NCBI GenBank assembly: GCA_963817525.1
Contig: CAWFOU010000004.1
Span: forward strand, 1 to 32,130
Length of the DNA stretch: 32,130 bases
Direction: 5' to 3'
Source of the DNA: an uncultured archaeon
Lineage (GTDB): Archaea; Thermoproteota; Nitrososphaeria; Nitrososphaerales; Gagatemarchaeaceae
Shown: positions 29,102 to 32,130 of the stretch, piece after piece
How the letters are laid out: each line of letters opens with the position of its first letter
Position numbering within the stretch: position 1 is the first letter of the stretch
Translations under genes and position numbers: made by a program
Notes under the pieces: model-generated
The model's database searches: none
What the model was told of the DNA's origin: nothing
The model's input: only the letters and a program-made list of their open reading frames with translations

Positions 29102-30307
29102 TCAATGCCCCATAGGGTATTCTGTCGCCGCCGCTAACGGTCGAAGGCTTCCGTCCTGCATCAAAGTGAAAGCGAAAATGCAAGTCATTGGAATAATGAA
29201 CTGGAATGCCCCTTCGCCGGAAAAGAAGCCCAAAGTCGTCGCAGCCAACCCAACAATAAGCGACCAGCGATTCGTCACAGACGCTAATATCAGAGCGTAG
29301 ACCGGCACGAAGTAATAGGCAAAAGAAGTGTGGACCATTGCCTGAAAGACGAAGAGGCCTCCGATCATGGCATATGCGCACGCCATTTCAAGAATATTTG
29401 GTGAGCGACGGACTGCAATCAGGCCCGCTGCAAAGAGCACGAAAAGCAATGGCGCAATGAACGCGGCCATCGCATCTACTCTTGAGATTTGCAGGAACCA
29501 AGCGTAGGCTTTGAAGTTCGCTACGTCGCCACAGACCGTACCCGTGTAAACGCGAGGGACCAGAGTATATTGGCAAGGTTGACCTATGCTAACCAGATTG
29601 GAGGGCGTGAAGGTCTGCAAGCGCGACGGCTCAGTCGACCCTAAGTTGATGAAGGCTAAATGATTCAATGCCGCCTTGGGAGCTTGAATCAGGAATGGTG
29701 ACAACCCGCCGAAGAGTGTAATCACAAACGAACCCCCTGATCTAACAAGCGAAGCCTGTGACTTGGCAACAAATATCAAATAGGCAGGTAGAACGAAGAG
29801 CGCTTCCTGGTTGAATAGGATGGCGACGGCAAGTGTCGCCGCGGATACGACAGGTCTCCCCTTCCTCAAGAGAAAAACCGAAAGCAAAAGGAACAGCGTC
29901 ATTGGTTGGCTGCTGAGCCAGAGGTAACCTTCGTTAACCAGCGCCACCGGCGAGAATGCATATGCTAACCCGGCCATCAACGCCACCTTCTCGGTTGAGA
30001 ACCTCCGAGCGAGCAGATATACTACCGGAGCAGTGAACGCGTCAGCCAGCGCGATAGGAATCCAGGCAGCGCTCCCTCTTGCCAGATCGTAGAAGGGCAG
30101 CATCGAATACAAGAACAAAGGAGGGTACTGGGTATCGATATCGCGGTAAAGCATGTAGCCTTCCGCCAGGTACTTGACCTGCGGCAAGTAGATTCCAGTA
30201 AAGTCATTCCAAATCCCTGTTGCCGGTACCCCTGGAATCCATTGAACTCCGACGTCCAAGTGGATGAGCGAGGCAATGGCGCGACTAGCGATTGCTGCGC
30301 TGAGCAC
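29102..30307 (-). CDS. Integral-membrane GT-C fold glycosyltransferase (GT87/PMT-like)
   Basis: LYRDIDTQYPPLFLY loop after the first TM, AYAFSP motif and about ten hydrophobic helices; start uncertain. Confidence 0.72.
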   Translation of the reverse strand: MLSAAIASRAIASLIHLDVGVQWIPGVPATGIWNDFTGIYLPQVKYLAEGYMLYRDIDTQYPPLFLYSMLPFYDLARGSAAWIPIALADAFTAPVVYLLARRFSTEKVALMAGLAYAFSPVALVNEGYLWLSSQPMTLFLLLSVFLLRKGRPVVSAATLAVAILFNQEALFVLPAYLIFVAKSQASLVRSGGSFVITLFGGLSPFLIQAPKAALNHLAFINLGSTEPSRLQTFTPSNLVSIGQPCQYTLVPRVYTGTVCGDVANFKAYAWFLQISRVDAMAAFIAPLLFVLFAAGLIAVRRSPNILEMACAYAMIGGLFVFQAMVHTSFAYYFVPVYALILASVTNRWSLIVGLAATTLGFFSGEGAFQFIIPMTCIFAFTLMQDGSLRPLAAATEYPMGH

Positions 30308-31205
30308 CAGTAACCATGTTCTTTTCGAATGTCGTCACCCACATCGCGTACTCTCCGCGTTTCTTGGGGCGCCGCTCATCTCTCCAAGCGCGCAACCGCG
30401 AGACGCTATCAAGAAAGAGCGCGGGCAGCACCCATGGCAGCCTCGAAGGTTTCTCGACAAGAGACCTCAGCAGTGCCGGGGCGACAACACTTATCTCCAT
30501 TGAAGGCGCAGTGCTCTGTGGGTATACCATGTGGCCGTAGTACATTCTCTTCCTTCGTTGCAGTATGTGCCCAATAGAGCTGGAAGCGTCAAAGTATGCG
30601 ATAGCGTCGGGGACGAACACCGCTCGGTATCCCTTGTTCTTGATGCAGACGCTCAGGTGCTCGTCGTCGTTCACAGAGCCTTCCACAGAGCTTACACACT
30701 CGGGCTTGAAGGCGTACATTACGCCGCCGAGGTGAGACGTCCCGTGGCGAGCCATCTGAATGTGTTTGCCGTGTGATAAGACTGACCAAATCACGTCGTC
30801 GATGTGGTAGCTAAGGTTCTTGCGCCCGATTGGTATCTGACGAACCGATGCTCCTCCGACGCCAGCTGAACCCAGCGGTCGGATCAGGCTATCGATGGAC
30901 CCCTTGTCCGGGCAGCAATCTGCCCCGATCTCCACGACTGTCCCATATCCGTTGTCGAGGGCATAGTCGATTGCCTCTTGGAGTGAGGCCGCTTTTCCCA
31001 TACGCCGCCAATGGGTAAGCACGATAGCCCCCTCTTCTGCGGCGAGTTCCCCGGTGCCGTCGCTACTCCCATCGTCCACTACGAGAACGTTGGTTTGTCC
31101 CTTTGTTTTCGATTCCCCCAGCGCCTCGAGAAGTATCGGGAGAGCCCTCGCCTCGTTGTAGGCGCATATCACAATCAGAACCCTTTCCTTCGAAGAACGG
31201 CGCAT
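30285..31205 (-). CDS. Glycosyltransferase family 2
   Basis: VICAYNE, VVDDGSSDGT, GKAASL, GAD (DxD position), NDD and QRRKRM. ATG 31205 preferred; the ORF is open to 31310. Confidence 0.9.
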   Translation of the reverse strand: MRRSSKERVLIVICAYNEARALPILLEALGESKTKGQTNVLVVDDGSSDGTGELAAEEGAIVLTHWRRMGKAASLQEAIDYALDNGYGTVVEIGADCCPDKGSIDSLIRPLGSAGVGGASVRQIPIGRKNLSYHIDDVIWSVLSHGKHIQMARHGTSHLGGVMYAFKPECVSSVEGSVNDDEHLSVCIKNKGYRAVFVPDAIAYFDASSSIGHILQRRKRMYYGHMVYPQSTAPSMEISVVAPALLRSLVEKPSRLPWVLPALFLDSVSRLRAWRDERRPKKRGEYAMWVTTFEKNMVTGAQRSNR

Positions 31206-31483
31206 TCCAGTTCTGGGCGCTTCTGCCAACTCAGGAGTGGCCAGATATTTTCCGGACGGGGTCTTCAGATGCGTTTCCAAGGAGTTCTGGTTCTGAATTT
31301 TCGCCCGCAACCATAAAATGCCTTGTGGATTGCGAGTCTAGTTCTTAGATTCTGGAGTGTGAGAAATATACGGGAGCTTTGTTGCCTTCCTCCGGTTGCC
31401 CTGCTTTCGGTGTGAAAAATCGCGCATGGTTGCCTGGGGATCAGGGATCCCGCGCTCTTTGGTTGCGACGAGCCCCATCTATT

Positions 31484-31999
31484 CTAGATGAATGTGCCTG
31501 CGAAGATGAGGATAGCGCCGTTGCTCATGGTCACAGTGCCGGTGTAGGACGCGCCTGACGATGCGCCACCCGGGAACGCCGGGGACGCGGCTCCAGACAG
31601 AGTGAGGTAGAGTGGGTTGCCCACGCTTAGCGAACCCGTTTCGCCTGCTGGTGTTACCGAACACCCTAGCGAGACGAGGTTCCACGTGTACACTGATCCG
31701 CCGTACGTAATTGTGGCGGCGGTGACACTGGCGGCTGAGGTCCCTGTGTTCGACAGACCGAGGCTGTTCGCTATGCTCCCGGTTTGGCAGGATGTCGTGC
31801 CGCTGCCCGCGTTGATGAGGGCCGCGGTGAGGGCGATGCTTGTGACTTGAACCTCGGAGGAGTTGGACGAGGAGCCGAAGATGCCGAACACGAAGCCACC
31901 GATTGCTACTGCTGCAATCAGGGTGACCGCGATGATGAGCACCGTGGCTATGATTGGCGAGATGGCTTTCCTCTTCGAGAACCGTTGCTTGCTGAACAT
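31484..31999 (-). CDS. Archaeal type IV pilin (probable major pilin)
   Basis: Class III signal KRKA|ISPIIATVLIIAVTLIAAVAIGGFVFG; 171 aa; LSNTGT strand; two Cys. Confidence 0.92.
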   Translation of the reverse strand: MFSKQRFSKRKAISPIIATVLIIAVTLIAAVAIGGFVFGIFGSSSNSSEVQVTSIALTAALINAGSGTTSCQTGSIANSLGLSNTGTSAASVTAATITYGGSVYTWNLVSLGCSVTPAGETGSLSVGNPLYLTLSGAASPAFPGGASSGASYTGTVTMSNGAILIFAGTFI

Positions 32000-32030
32000 A
32001 TGTCAGTCGAAGAATAACATTTGTTATCCC

Positions 32031-32037
32031 ATATTTA
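32031..32037 (-). promoter_or_regulatory. Putative TATA box of the pilin gene
   Basis: TAAATAT 32 nt upstream of ATG 31999, preceded by an A-rich BRE-like stretch. Confidence 0.55.
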
Positions 32038-32067
32038 CCGTTTGTGAAAATCAAATCTAGACACCAC

Positions 32068-32102
32068 CTTACCAGCTTACCAGCTTACCAGCCTACCAGC
32101 TT
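32068..32102. repeat. 8-bp tandem repeat (CTTACCAG)x4 plus partial
   Basis: CTTACCAG CTTACCAG CTTACCAG CCTACCAG CTT read directly. Confidence 0.9.
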
Positions 32103-32130
32103 CATAGGATCGCTAGCACTAGACCGTGGC

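Noticed and set aside
1-32130. tRNA, rRNA, transposase or integrase genes
   Set aside because: None recognised by eye; a covariance-model search was not possible.

Overview
Archaeal DNA of high GC content. TATA-like boxes lie about 27-32 nt before start codons and the pilins carry class III signal peptides; a non-ammonia-oxidising Nitrososphaerota-type source is my inference only. The window holds a type IV pilus locus: a secretion ATPase, a TadC/FlaJ-type platform protein, two small pilins, a membrane-anchored Ig-like repeat protein and two giant tandem pilin-like adhesins (1476 aa and about 1852 aa). It also has a cluster of small DNA-binding/zinc-finger genes and a glycan-biosynthesis block (TPP-dependent E1 alpha/beta pair, cupin, Nudix, two NDP-sugar epimerase/reductases, methyltransferase, three glycosyltransferases). 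The most striking observation is a nested (Russian-doll) domain architecture in both giant pilins: n N-terminal half-domains, a variable central cargo, then n C-terminal half-domains in reverse order (4+4 and 3+3). About ten frameshifts and one internal stop, mostly in the sugar block, are either long-read errors or real decay.
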